A stretch of DNA of 64,000 bases from the human T2T-CHM13v2.0 reference genome, Homo sapiens, in assembly GCF_009914755.1 (NCBI RefSeq), contig NC_060946.1. The stretch is one strand, 5' to 3'. Position 1 is the stretch's first letter; every line of letters begins with the position of its first letter. A program made the translations under genes and the position numbers. The notes below the pieces were generated by a model. That model was not told where the DNA came from and made no database searches. It saw only the letters and a program-made list of their open reading frames with translations. Of this stretch, positions 16,643 through 32,565 are shown piece by piece.

Positions 16643-16851
16643 TAAAGTTGTCAGATTTAGCAAAAACAAAGGAACAAATGAAAACGAAAACCACAAGCTC
16701 AGTTAAATTTGAGTTTCAAATAAACATGGAGAATTTTTTCAGCATGAGTATATTCCAAATATTGCATAGGACATAGTCATACTAAATGCTATTCCTTGTT
16801 TATCTGAAATTCAAATTTGACTGGGTGTCATGTATTTTAACTGGCAACCCT
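16643..16851. mobile_element. MER53 palindromic MITE
   Basis: Termini 'gttgtcagattt' and 'ctggcaaccct'; internal arms 16700-16730 and 16793-16823 are inverted complements (27/31 match). Confidence 0.85.
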
Positions 16852-17164
16852 ACCTCCTCCAGCTCTCAGTAGCCACAGCAGAAAGCAAGGAGGCAGCTTT
16901 GAGGATGAAGGTCAGGGTCACAACTCCTAGTTACCTATTTTGTATTTTGAAGTTCCTCCCTTGACTTACTTTGTAAAAAGGGCTCCATTGATTTTCTTTT
17001 TTTAATTCTTGACCTAAACCTGAAAACCTCAAGTTTGACCTTCACATACAAGAAAGATGCCCCATGCAGTGGGCATTTGTCCAACTTGGGGTGTGGCTTT
17101 TCTCTCGTGTGGGTCTCAGGCTAGGTGGTAAGCAGAGAAAAGAGATCATGATGGTGAGGGGGTG

Positions 17165-17655
<491 letters not shown>

Positions 17656-17719
17656 TCAGAGGGACTCCAAAGACACAAAGCCAGGGCCTGAGGGTCCCTG
17701 AAACTTGGGTTAGAAATAC

Positions 17720-18180
17720 ATGTTTTAGGTTGGGTTCCACCAGAAGCAGACCCTGAGACAATTACTTTAGTGCAGGTAATTTACTAGAGGAGATGATCCA
17801 CAGGAGGGGAGTGGGAAGTTAGCCAGGGAAGAAAAGGACCCAATGCAGGTGTATGAATGAGCAGGTTACATGGTGGGCAATGAGCTCAGTCCTGCTGGGG
17901 ACCTCTGGGAGGCTGTGTAGGGCATACCTCATACCTTTAGTTGTTTCATCCAAGACGTGAGGGAGCTGAGGTATTTATTCACCACCTCCTGTCAGCCATT
18001 GGTTGAGGGCTGGGGGGTGGGGTGAATAGTGAACTGCCCCTGACACTTTCTATATGTCCTGTATGTGAGCTGATCATATCCGGTGGCCAGAGACAGCAGA
18101 CAGTCACAGGTACTTGCAATAGGAAGCTGTCAGGTCAGTGGTTGCCAAGGGGATGTGGGTGGGATACTGACAGTGCCTGC
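17720..18180 (-). mobile_element. ERVL LTR16-family solo LTR relic
   Basis: 'tgttttaggttgggttccaccagaagcagaccctgagac'. Confidence 0.55.
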
Positions 18181-18747
18181 TGCAGTAGCAGCAGCAGCAA
18201 TAGTGGTTACTTCTGATCAAGCACCATGTACTATGTTCTCTGCTTGGAGCTTCATGTGCAGTTGTTTAAATTCTCACTGACTCTGGGAGGGAGGGACTAG
18301 CATTCTCTTTAGTTTACAGAGAGGTGAAGTCACCTTCCTATGGTCACACAGTTAGGAAAGGAAGCATCTGTTTTGCAAACTCAAGTCGTTTTGACCCCAA
18401 AGGCCAGAATCTATCTATGCTTTGCTGAAGCTGTGATTTTTTTTTCAGACTCTCAGGGTAAAGAAGGAAATGAGAAATTGCAAGACAGAGTATTTCTTAG
18501 GCAATGGCTGAGAATGGCAACTCACCACATGCCTTTGAATAAGACGTGATTATTATTAACCCATATTCTATCAAAGAAGAAACTGAGGCTCAGAGAGGCA
18601 ACTTACTTGCCAAAGGTCACTCTGCTGGTAAGTGGCCCAGCTGGACTTGGGCCCCAGGTTTCTTTGGGTTTTAACCACTCTTTTTGACTGCCTCAGTTTC
18701 CCTATCTGTCATAGGAGATGGTTGAAAACATGGTATCTGAGTCTCTG

Positions 18748-19530
18748 GTATAGGTTGAATTGTGTCCCACAAAAGAGATGGTGAAGTTCTAATCCCCGGT
18801 ATCTCAGAATGCGATATTATTTGGAAACAGGGTAATTGCAGATATAATTAGATAAGAAGGGGGCGTACTGGCGTAGGGTGGACCCTTAATCCAATATGAC
18901 TGGTGTCTTCATAAGAAGAAGGAAGATAACGTGAAGACAGACACACAGGGGGAAGGTCACATGATGACAGAGGCAGAGATTAGAGAGATGCAGCTGCAAG
19001 CTAAGGAGTGCTGAAGATTGACGGCCACTACCGGAAGCTGGAAGAGGCAAGGGAGAATTCTCCCATACAGGCTTCAGAGGGAGCATGGCCCTCCTGCACC
19101 TGGAGCTTAGACTCTGAGCCTCCAGAACTATGAGAGAATACATTTCTGTGTTTTAAGGCTTCCAGTTTGGGGTACTTTTTGTTTGTTTGTTTTGAGATAG
19201 GGTCTCGCTCTGTTGCCCATGCTGGAATGCAGTGGTGCAATCACGGCTCATTGCAGCCTTGACTCCTGGGCTCAAGCAATCCTCCCACTTCAGCCTCCCG
19301 AGTAGCTGGGACTACGGGAACATGCCATTGGCCTGGGTAATTTTTGTATTATCATTATTATTATTTTGTAGAGAAGGTTTTTCACTATGTTGCCCAGGCT
19401 TGTATTGAGCTCCTGAGCTCAAGCGACCTTTTCTGCCTCAGCCTCCCAAAGTGTTGGGATTACAGGTGTAAGCCATTATGACTGGTCCGGGGCATTTATT
19501 ATTATGGTGACCCGAGGAACCTAATGGAGT
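18748..19530 (+). mobile_element. MLT1C-like MaLR LTR interrupted near its 3' end by AluJ
   Basis: 'ggttgaattgtgtccc...taatccaatatgactggtgtcttcataagaaga...cctccagaactatgagagaatacatttctg'. Confidence 0.85.
19176..19489 (-). mobile_element. AluJ SINE
   Basis: AluJ consensus similarity. Confidence 0.9.
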
Positions 19531-19762
19531 CTCCTTCGAGCACCACGATGAACATAGAGTGACTGCCGTTCCCCACTCTGCTCACCCCAAGAAGCACAGT
19601 CGAGGGACCCTGTTGTGTGGATTTCTCATGGGTGATAAAGAGAAACCATATCATTGTAAGAAAGTGAAGTTAAAATTGTCACTCTATTTTTATCCTGTTC
19701 TAAATTATATATTAATGCAGACTACCTCAATAGAGGCTCAAATACCCCCCATTTTAATGCCA

Positions 19763-19767
<5 letters not shown>

Positions 19768-19806
<39 letters not shown>
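19768..19806. repeat. (TA)n microsatellite at an Alu tail
   Basis: About 19 TA units adjoining the poly-T. Confidence 0.95.
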
Positions 19807-20107
<301 letters not shown>

Positions 20108-20297
20108 TAATGCCATATTCTATTTTTAATAGAAATGTGTACAAAACAAGGAAATATCTTGCTCAATCATTAAAAGAGCTGTCTGTAAAACCACAGAGAG
20201 AGAGAGACCCCTTTTCATCTCCTTATCATACGATCTCCCCAGAGTTTGTTTAGCTGGTCTTATTTCTTACATTTCTTACATTTAAGTTAGGTGGTGT

Positions 20298-20800
20298 CTT
20301 GTCTTAGTTTGCGATCCCCGGCAAATGGGGTCTGAGAGGAGGGTTTGGATGCAGGAGGGTTGGTTGGAAGGAGATGCAGGAAGCAGGAGTGAGGGAGCGG
20401 GGAGATGAGGAAGAAAAGCAGGCCACCATATGGGGGGCATGTGTAGCTGGTTATCACTGGGGGAAACTGGGACTCTAGCCTGCAACACATCCTCTGAGGA
20501 GCCCCGCAGAATGTGCCTCAGAATTGCTCCCTTGAGGGATGGGGGCATTTGTCCCTCAACTCCTGAACCCCTAGCAGAGGGCCAGCCCTGGGGACGTGAG
20601 TGCCTTGTACTTGTTGGCTGCACCTAGTGGAGAACTAAGCTGCTTCTGCATCTTTGGAGATGTCCCTAAGGCAGAAAAGTGGAGTCGTTTCCTGGCTGCT
20701 TCTTGCGAAGAGTGTTACTAGTCTGCATGGAAGTGTGTGCCACAGCGATGCAGAAATCGGAGGTGGTTCAAGGCCGTGAAATGCAGGCAAACAATTTCCC
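20298..20800 (-). mobile_element. ERVL LTR16-family solo LTR relic
   Basis: 'tgtcttagtttgcgatcccc...gagggtttggatgcagg...gcagaatgtgcctcagaattg'; similar to the 17.7-kb element. Confidence 0.55.
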
Positions 20801-22074
20801 ATTAGTCATAAATGCTGAGGGTGTCAACAGGCTCAGTGTGGAATCATGATTAGCACTGGAGCCATGCTGTCTGGGCTGGAATTTCAGCACAGTTCTGTGT
20901 CATTGGAGCGCCCCTCTGAATTTCAGTTTCCTTATCTGTGCAATGAGAACAACCACAGTGCTTCCATCCTGGGATGAATATTAGTTGGAGTAAGACACAG
21001 GAAGCTCTCGGCACAGCCAGAAGCACAGAGGAGGTGCTCGGTGAGCATCCCCTCTCGTCCCTATTGTCCAGACACGGTCTTTGAATTCTGATGACCTGGT
21101 GGTGGGAGAAAGGGGCAGAGGTGGATATTCTTTCCTGGACAGTCAGGAAAGTTAAGAAACAAAGGAGAGAAGATAAAAGGCAATTGTAGCTCCAGCCAAG
21201 TGGACCAGGAAGGACTTTGCCACTTTAGGGACTTAGCCTGGCTCATGTTATTGATTTGCTTGGAGTATGGGGTACCCTCCCTGAGGCCCCTCTTCCTCTT
21301 CCTCCCCAAGTCTTCACCTACCTCGCCTGCCCCAGAGCAGCACCTCCACCAATTCTCCTCATTAACCGTAAACACAAATCCTGTTATCTTCCCCTCTCGC
21401 AGCACTTGCCCCTTGATTTAAGCCACATCCCTTCCCCTTTCATCAGCCCTTGGCCCCTCCTGTCGTACATCTTCTCGTTTATCTCCTTCCCCGTGGTCTC
21501 CAGCTTTCTCTGCACCGATCGATGCATGAGGGGAGATGGCAGGCGGCCCGCCAGGCCTTCGGAGCCCGCTCTTCTTCTGGGGAGCCTGGGCCAGTATTTC
21601 TTGTTAAACTTCTGTCTGGCTGTGTTCGGTTTCTCATTAGCTTTCTGCCGGGGTGCGGTAGTATTTCTTGCTCCTCAGCGGCACAGCCTGGAGATGCCTA
21701 GTAATTCTTAAAGGGCGAGGTGGAGACGTGTATCTTTAGAGCATTCTGGGTTCCATCTGGCTGTGGCTTGGAAAGGGGAAGCATGAAGAAGTGTCCCTTG
21801 GTTGTCACAGGTGGATGGGTCTTGGCGGGTCCCGCAGTCACACTGTGACTTTGCTCAGCACCGTGGGTTAGCACCTGTACCTGTGGCTGTCATCACCACC
21901 TTATGTCAATTTTGCAACCCAGTCATTGAATTGACTCTGACCTGGGTTCCCCAGAGCCAGCTTCCTCCCCAATTCGTCGCTGGAAAGACTTAGATGTGGG
22001 CCTGATTCAGGTTCCTCGCCTGTGAAATGAGATGCATGCTCTCTCTCTCTCTTTCTCTCACCTTATCCCTTTTC

Positions 22075-22330
22075 TTTATTTATTTAACAAACACAAAACA
22101 TGTAAATAGTGTTCATTATGTCCCAGACAATCTTCTGAGAACTTGACAAACATTAACACATTTAAATTCTCCTAGTCACCGTATGATAAAGAGACAACCA
22201 TTGTCTCTGTTTCACAGATGAGATACTGTGACACAGAGAAGGTAAGCAACTCGCCCAAGGTGGCACAGCTAGTAAGCAGAAGAGCCGGGATTTGAACCCA
22301 GGTAGTTTGGCTCCTGAGCATATACTCTCT
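22075..22330 (-). mobile_element. MIR SINE
   Basis: 'tttcacagatgagatactgtgacacagagaaggtaagcaactcgcccaaggtggcacagctagtaag...gggatttgaacccagg'. Confidence 0.85.
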
Positions 22331-22387
22331 TAAGAGATGGTTTCTTTTCATGGTCTTGTGGTCTCCTTAGAGTCCAAAATGCTGATA

Positions 22388-22966
22388 TAGGCGATTTTCA
22401 TTATTCATGCTAGTTATGCTCTATATATAAAGTTGCAAGCACTGAATTAGTGAAAACTGACGCATTGCTTCTAGATTGTCAACTGATCAATACATAACCA
22501 AGTTTTATGTGTGTTTCTGTTTAAAGATACCTTATTTAATATTTATCGTTGGGTTATTAAACATTGAACTCACAGCCAGAAGCACTGTAACTCATGCCTG
22601 AGTGAAGCTAACCGAATGCAGCCATTTTCTCTGTAAGGCACATCAGAACCTTCTCAGGTTTAGGAACACGAGACAGCGCTTCAACACTGTGCTTGGGCCC
22701 TTTTAAAGAGCAAAATCACCAAAAGCAACAAAGTGAAAAAGATGGAACTAAAAAGACTGCGAAAAGGACTAGCTAACAGTATGAGAGCTGAAATAAGACA
22801 GCCTTGCTCAGCCGCAGACGAAAACACTTGTATCAGGGACTCGTATGTTTCACTACACTGCCAGCACTCATGAAAGAGTTGTGGGTATTGATTTTGGGGT
22901 TAGAAATAAATTTTATCAAGTAGGTGAATTTGCAAAAACAGAACCCCTGAATAATGATCAACTCTA
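22388..22966. mobile_element. MER82-like TcMar-Tigger DNA transposon
   Basis: Degenerate TIRs 'gattttcattattcatg' and 'gaataatgatcaact'; 'gggtattgattttggggttagaaataaatttt'. Confidence 0.7.
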
Positions 22967-23102
22967 TCTTGCATTGTTATTTCCCTGCTCAAACACCTTG
23001 TGAGGCTCCCTCCTGCCTATTATATTAACTATAAACTTCACCTGCCTGCCTTTCAAAGACTTTGATAATCTGACCCCATGCCATCTATTAAAATTTATTT
23101 CT

Positions 23103-23400
<298 letters not shown>

Positions 23401-23624
23401 TTACTCCTGAAAGGGCCATTTTCTTTTCCTGTGGGTTGGCAGATCGTCTTGCTCACTGTTCTACTGAGAACCAGCTCTGTCGTACCTCCAAGCCTTTTCT
23501 CCTACAATTTCTCCCCAGGCATGCTCTCCCTTCCCAACTTATCTACCAAGTCCTAGAGTTTAAAGGTTGGATCAAAGTTCTCCTTATTTATTTCAAATTT
23601 TTCAAAATTAATTACTTAATTATT

Positions 23625-23791
23625 ATTTTCTTTAAGAGACAGACTCTCGCTATGTTCCCCAGGCTGGAATGTTGTGGCTATTCACAGGCATCATCATGGT
23701 TTATTGCAGCCTCAATCTCCTGGCCTCAAGTGATTGTCTGGCCTCTGCCTCCTGGGTAGCTGAGACTACAGCCGTGCACCACTGTGCCTGG
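23625..23791 (-). mobile_element. Alu monomer (FRAM-like or AluJ right arm)
   Basis: 'gagacagactctcgctatgttccccaggctgg'. Confidence 0.75.
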
Positions 23792-24595
23792 TTTAAAGTT
23801 CTTTGTGCAGCTGATTTATCCCTTCTTGGATGCCGTAGACTCATATCATAGTGGAGGTTAATTTAAAATAAAATGTCTTTTTGTGGTTCTCTGACAGGTA
23901 GCCCACCTGGGAGGAATTTTCCAGAGATCACTGTCTGATGACCCTGTCTTGGAATTGGAGCCATGCAAGTTACACTGACCACGTTTGGGTTGGGATATTG
24001 AGGAGGTTATGGTTAAAAGCATACGATGGGAGATCATATTGTACTTGCGAGTGAGACCCGGCTGGAGGAATGTTTTAATTCTTCGGAAATACCAAGTGGT
24101 CTCTGTAAGTAACATAGGGTGGTTAGCCAAGCATAATGAGACCATTGAGGCATCCCAGCAAGAATTGATCTGTTTAGAGAAGAGATGTTGCTTCTTCTTC
24201 TTTTTTTTTAACATTTTATTTTTAATTTTGCTGCCTATGACAAGCTGCTTCTAACAGCCTCAGGGCGAGGGGCCCATGAGTGCAAGGACAGGAGAGGGGT
24301 CTGCGAGTTCTACTTGGGTAGGGCTTGGGGCATCATAGGAGTGCAGGGATCTCCTCTCTGGGATCCAGTTTAACCCTGATGACATCCCCCATGCAGCAAA
24401 TAACTCCAGGTAACCGGCAGCAACTGGTCCACATCATAGTCTGTGAGAGATTGCTCATGTCTTGCCTGTTTTCCTACCTCTTCATTCTAAGGAAAAGGAC
24501 CCACAATCTGAGTGCCCTGCTCTGGGACATAGGTGGGGAACAGGCAGGGATGGGAGGTGGGGACCACTTTCTTCTGCACCCATTAAATATATGCC

Positions 24596-24896
24596 TTTTT
24601 TTTTTGAGACAGGGCCTCCCTCTGTCACCCAGACTGGAGGGCAGTGGTGCAATCGTGGCTCACTGCTGCCTCAGTCTCCAGATGGCTCAAGCCATCCTCC
24701 CCCATCAGCTGTCAAAATACCTGGATTTACAGGTGCATGCCACCATGCCCAGCTAATTTTTTCTATTTTTTTTTTTTTGTAGAGATGGGTTTTCACTATT
24801 TTTCCCAGGCTAGTCTCCAACTTCTGGGCTCAAGCGATCCACCCGCCTTGGCCTCCTAAGTCCTAGGATTATAGGTATGAGCCACTGCGCCTGGCC
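24596..24896 (-). mobile_element. AluJ SINE
   Basis: Alu consensus similarity. Confidence 0.9.
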
Positions 24897-26198
24897 TTTT
24901 TGCCTTTTGAAAGTATCTGTTGTTAACAATATTCAATTGGGTTGAATCTTGCTAGGGACCAAGGTGAATTTGCATAAATTAGTCTATGCCAATTTGCATA
25001 CTATCAGCAAATTTGTAGTGTACAGAATTTTGGAAATAGAAGGAAGCTAAGAGGGGTGTCAAATGCAGCTTCTTCTTTTTTTACCTGAAAAGATACCAAA
25101 GTCCAGCTCAGGGAAGGTCACACAGCTAATTCTTATCATGGGGAGACAGACCCAGGGACATCATGGTGCCTCCGAGATTAGTACGGCCCCTCAAACATCC
25201 CCATTTTCTGTCCCTAGCCCATTGGAACCCCTTAAAGTTGGTCCCTCGAGCTCGGGTGATAGCACACATGATGGAAAGTAGGCAGGCTTGCCATTGAAGC
25301 TCCAACCTAGCTCTGCACCACATCAGCTGTGTGACCTCGAGCAAATCACTTAACCACTCTGAGCATGGCATTTGTAAATGTCAAGGTAGCAACGCCCTCT
25401 TTACTGCCCTGTTGTGACAAATAAGATATATTCCATAAATATGATCCATGTAGTATTAAACTACCATTTACTGAGTCTCCCCTATGGAAAGCACTTAGTA
25501 GGTGCTCAAAAACTCCTAGTCCTTTCTTCCCCTCTTTCAATGTGTCACTGCATCTGGGTAATTTATACCCATTTCCTGTTTTCCTTTGAGAAGTGCATGT
25601 CATGCTCTGCACAAAAGTGACTCTTAATGGTGGCATTTCAAGCATCATGGCAGAGTGCTGAGACGCTGATGAAGATATTTTAGGCTGGGGTGCATGGGGA
25701 GCACTCTCAGGGCCTCTCATGCGCATCCTGAGCCCTTCCTGTGAACCAGACTGACCCTGGCTTCTGTGCCATTTTCATTCCAGCCAAGAATGTTCTGAAA
25801 TGAAGCCAATATCTGAAGGATCTAGGATGCCTGTTCCCCTCTCTTATGCTGTCTCGGGGGATGATTTAGCCACCAAGAATTTTCCTTATGGTTGCAAGAT
25901 GATTAAAAAAAACCACACACTCAGATGCTTTTCGGAGGTTGACATTTTTCACAGCCCCTCTTCCTCCTCCATAGATTTCCTGGAGGTTCCATCCAGCTCT
26001 GGCTCTAGCTGGCTCCTTGACTCTGGACAAGTCACTTCATCTCTCCAAGCCTTGTCTATAAAGTAGGGATAATACTCCTTCCCACTTCAGAGAGTCATTC
26101 GGGGATTAAACTGTGACATGTATGTAGCCAAGGGTCCAGCACACACTGACAACTCACCAAATATTAGCCATCACTCCAAACTAAGAAGGCAGGATTCC

Positions 26199-26504
26199 GG
26201 CTGGGCACGGTGGCTCACGCCTGTAATCCCAGCACTTTGGAAGGCTGACGCAGGTGGATCATGAGGTCAAGAGATTGAGACCATCCTGGCCAACATGGTG
26301 AAACCCCGTCTCTACTAAAAATACAAAAATTAGCTGGGCGTGGTGGTGCGTGCCTGTAGTCCCAGTTACAGGCTGGGAGGCTGAGGCAGGAGAATCACTT
26401 GAACCTGGGAGGCGGAGGTTTCAGTGAGCCAAGATTGTGCCATTGCACTCCAGCCTGGCGACAGAGTGAGACTCCGTTAAAAAAATAATAATAATAAATA
26501 AAAA
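26199..26504 (+). mobile_element. AluSc-like SINE
   Basis: 'ggatcatgaggtcaagagattgagaccatcctggccaac'; TSD aagaaggc(a)(g/a)gattcc at 26183-26198 and 26505-26520. Confidence 0.93.
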
Positions 26505-26927
26505 AAGAAGGCAAGATTCCATTAACTTCCAGAAGGTAGACTGTCTTAAATATTGGGCAATTCCCTTTCCTCCTCTCGGCCTCAGCTTTCCCATCTGAAA
26601 AATGGGAGTAGGACAAGGGAACTGGATCGCAGGCATTGACATAACTTTCTGTGGTTATTAAATAGGGCCCCACAAAGACAGTGTCGGGGACCAAGGAGCT
26701 CAGGCCGCCTGCCCCACCTTTGCCACCTGCAAGACTGTATACTCCAGCCAGTAAGGACCTCACTGTTCTCACTCACTAGTGTGTCCTCAGTCCCAGCCCA
26801 GGGACTCTGGCTAGGGGCTGACACTTAATAAATCCATGTGAATGGATGCAGGAACTCTGCTCCGATCTGTTCTATCTGCTTAGTTTTTGCATACAATTTT
26901 GTTTGAACAAAGAACCACGTGGTTTAT

Positions 26928-27780
<853 letters not shown>

Positions 27781-28228
27781 GACCAGAGAGCAGATCTCTA
27801 CTTTCTAAGGATCTTTTCAGGTCTGACCTGCAGATTCTTCCATTTTAAATCAAGGCTAAAATATATTGAGGCTTACTGAGGTCTAGTGGCAGCTCGGAGT
27901 TATCAGTGGGTTGGGTAGTGCTTGCTGCTCTGGAACTAATGGCACAATTTTATTGCATTTAGGTCAAATTGTGCCTCAATTCCAATGTCGTATTTTTGGG
28001 TCATGGGTCTCCTCTCTCTTTCTTTTCTAAATGTGCCCGAGTATTCCTCCTGGTCCTTTGGGATGCTGACAGAGGAGCAGATATGCAGCATCTCTGCCAT
28101 GATATAAGGGCTGCTGCAGTGCACAACTGTCTCCCAAGAAGGTACCGCAGGGGTGTAAAACTTCTCCCTGCATTGTCAACGCTGGTCTCCATGGATGTCT
28201 GCTGGCTTTTTCAAAAATTCTTGTAGAA

Positions 28229-28449
28229 CAGTGCTTCTCATATGGTGATTTTGTCCCCCTTGCCCCAGGGGGACCTTTGGCCATGTCTTGAGATGTTTTT
28301 GGTTGCCGTGATTGAGGAGGTGCTACCAGCGTCTGCTGGGCAGAGACCAGGGATGCTGCTCCACATCCCACAATGCACAGGACAATCTTCTCTACAGCAA
28401 TGAATTATCCAGTTCACAATCTCAATAGCACCAATATTGAGAAACCCTG
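28229..28449. mobile_element. MER20 hAT-Charlie MITE
   Basis: Termini 'cagtgcttctca' and 'ttgagaaaccctg'; internal 'agagaccagggatgctgct...acaatgcacaggaca'; degenerate 8-bp TSD ttgtagaa/ttgaagat. Confidence 0.88.
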
Positions 28450-30394
28450 TTGAAGATGGAGACTATCCACGGGGCATTGATCTTGGGGTCTCCCCCTTCC
28501 TGAATACTTGAAGTCCCTCGGCAGACTCTTGGATACCTCCAGCAATGGGGAGCTCACCACCTGTTTTGAAGCCAGGCAGGTTTGGGCTCTTCTTGTAGCT
28601 GTGTGACTCTGGATTTTCCCATAGGTGGGAGTGGATCCACCACCTTGAGCTTCAGTTTCCTCCAGTGCCATGGGATTAGCAGCAGCCCTGCCTCACAGAT
28701 TGCGTGAGGATGAAATGAGATGATGCTCCTGAGTTGGCTGGTGCAGTGCACGGTACACAGAGAGTGCTCAATAAATGTTCCCTGCTGTGAATGCCCTGTC
28801 CTGGTTCACTCGCCTACATTGCGGAGCAGAGGAACTTCAGGGTTTCTTTTGTCTCCAAAATTTCAGGATTCTAGAGAGATGAAGCACTGAGTGAAGAATA
28901 ATGTGTAGGTCTTTGGGAGAACTTTCCCCTTAGGGGTTGTTCCTCTGCAATGTTTGCTCATGAACATTTTGGGTGAATCATCTCTGTGGGTGTTGGAAGG
29001 AGACCTTCTAGCATAGTTTTATGATAGTCTGTGAAGGGAAAATCGGAATTCCTAAAGAAGGAAGCAGTGGGATGTCAGTTAAGTTGGGAAGCTGATGGCT
29101 CTCAGGGCCACCATTCATCACATTTCATTGAGGGGCAGCTCTACTTGGCTGCCAAAGGGTGGGCCTGGGACCCAGCAGGGCCTAGCTTGGGAGACTGGGG
29201 TTGGTGGGATGCGAGAGGGGGAATGGCCATCCCAGATGTGTCCAAACAGCTGGGTCCAGAGAGCCCTGTACCCCTGGAGGAATTGCTCAGCACTCTCTAT
29301 CTGCTCCCCCAAATGCATAACTCTGGAGAGTGTAGGGCTTGGAGAAGAAGTATGCGTGGGGCTCAGGCCCAAGTCCATGGACTTTGAGAAATGACGCTTC
29401 CCTTCATTCTCATAATTGCTTAAAGCTCTCCTTCTGTGCAGGCTCCATGCTCATTCTCTCATCTGGTTCTATAATTATCCCATTTAGTGGATGAAAAGAT
29501 TAAGGCCCAGAGAGGTGATGCCCCTTTCTGAGGTCACACGAATGAGAAGGGGCATGGCTGCGACTCATTCCAGGTGGCCGGGCTCCAGAGCCTGCTCCTG
29601 TGTCTCCCGCTCTGCTGTGCTGGTTTCTCCTGCAGAGCCTGCCTGTGGCTTGGGTATCAGCATGCACCTCAGCCCTCCTCCATCCATTTCCCCTTAGCCT
29701 GGAATCCTCCAATCTACGCGAGAAACCAAATGTTAACAACATTTAATCTCGCCTGGAGATTAGTGATAATTTGTGGCCTCACCAAGGTGGGGAGAGTTAT
29801 TATTCAAAGTAGATATAAAGTCAGGAATGTAAGATACAAGGCAGTGTGACCAAGGGCATGGAACCTGTGGAGCAGAGGAACATGGCGGGGATGGACAGGC
29901 CAGGGGGCCCAGACCTGTGGAAAGGAGTTACTCAACACTTCACATTTACCTGCTATTCCCTAGGACAGGGACCTGTGGGTTTTTGAGGGGCCAGATGGAG
30001 GAATGTGGGAAGTGTGGGTTTATGGGGAGGATGTGTTCCCTGAGGAGACAAGAGAACAATGAGAGATGAGAGAGAGAATCCAGGAAGAGATGGAAGAAGG
30101 GGAGTAAAGAGGGGAGGGTGAGGGGGAAAAGGAACAGAGGGAAGAGATGATAAATAAAGGTGACCATGACTGCACTGAGCTCCTGTTATGGGATGGATGC
30201 TATACTAAACACTTGCATGCATTACCTTGCGTCCTTAGGACAATGTGATAATGCAGATTCATTTATTACCATTCTACAGATCAGAACGTAGATTCAAGTG
30301 AGTTTCCCCAAATTCGAGAACTAGCCAGTAACAAAAGCTGTGATTCAAATCCAAGATCAACACACCAGGGGAGAGATTTCTGCTTTTCCCCACT

Positions 30395-30780
30395 TGTCTT
30401 AGTCTGTTTGAGCTGCTATCAGAGAATACCTGAGACTAAGTAATTTACATGCAGAAACTTATTGCTCACAGCTCTGGAGGCTGGGAGGACAACATCAAGG
30501 TGCTGGCAGGCTTGGAGATTCTGATTCCAAGATGGTGCCTGGAATGCTGCATCCTCCAAACGTGGGGAACAAAACACTTCATCTTCACATGGCAGAAGGC
30601 AAAAAAGAGGCAAAAGGGAGCCAAAGTCATCCTTTATAATGGCATCAATCCAACTCATGAGGGCAGAACCCTCATGACCCATCCACCTCCCAAAGGTCCC
30701 ATCTCTCACTACTGTTCCCAACAGCAGTTAAATTTCAACACGAGTTTTGGAGGAGACACACATTGAAACCCTAGCACCAC
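30395..30780 (-). mobile_element. MLT1A/MSTD-like MaLR LTR
   Basis: 'tgtcttagtctgtttgagctgctat...tttattgctcacagctctggaggctgggag'. Confidence 0.8.
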
Positions 30781-31704
30781 TGGAAGGTTTTCTCCTAGGG
30801 TGTGTTTGAAGGAGCGTAGGATATGGGGGTGAAGTGACCTGGGTTCAAGTTCCACCCCTGCCTTGTGTGCGCTCACTGGGCAGCAATGGGGCTGATGAAG
30901 TTCTCAATGGGGCCAATGGAATTCTCAATGGAGCCAATAAAGCCAGTCCCTGGGAGGTAGCTCCCTGCCTCTTGTGCGCTAGGTAACCTTGGACCTATTC
31001 CGTCAACCATCTGAGCCTTATATTCTTCGCCTATTAGAAATAATAACAAGATAAACCTTCACAGGGTAGTTGTGAGGACTAAGTCAGCAGATCCTCGGGA
31101 AAGTGGTGTCTACATTTTAAAGTGTTGTGCTTGTGCAAGGGTTTCTATTCATCATCACTGTTTCTGGTTTCTAGAACCTGGGTTTTCCCCAGGCTCCCCG
31201 AGGGGCAAGATCAACCCGATAACACATATTACCCTGCAGGTAGCAGCCCTGTATCTGCAGCCCGCTCTCATTTCCACCAGCCGGAGTTGCTACTCATTGT
31301 AGCAACCATGTGTTTCTTTCCACTGCTGGAGCCTCTGGTGTCCCCTGCTGCGCCACTGTCCTTGTGCCCTATCATCCCAGACCTGCTTTCTGCCCTCCTG
31401 AGACTGCAGGTCTGCATGGATCCCCTAGGTTGCCTTTTCTACTTTGTGTGATTTTTATACTTATAGCTCTCAATATAGTTAATTCTACATGAGACTGTAG
31501 GGTCCCATGTCCTGGTTGTCGTACATCTTCTAAATAGGTGGCCACGGTAAAGAGCTTATATGGTTTCTTCACTTGCTCACCATTAACTGATTCACTTATT
31601 TATCTCTTTGGTTATTTGTGCATCTATCCATCTAATGGTCATCTCCTTTATTCCAGCAATATTCAACAGACTTTTACTCAGCATTTACTATGTACAGTTG
31701 CTGA

Positions 31705-32565
<861 letters not shown>

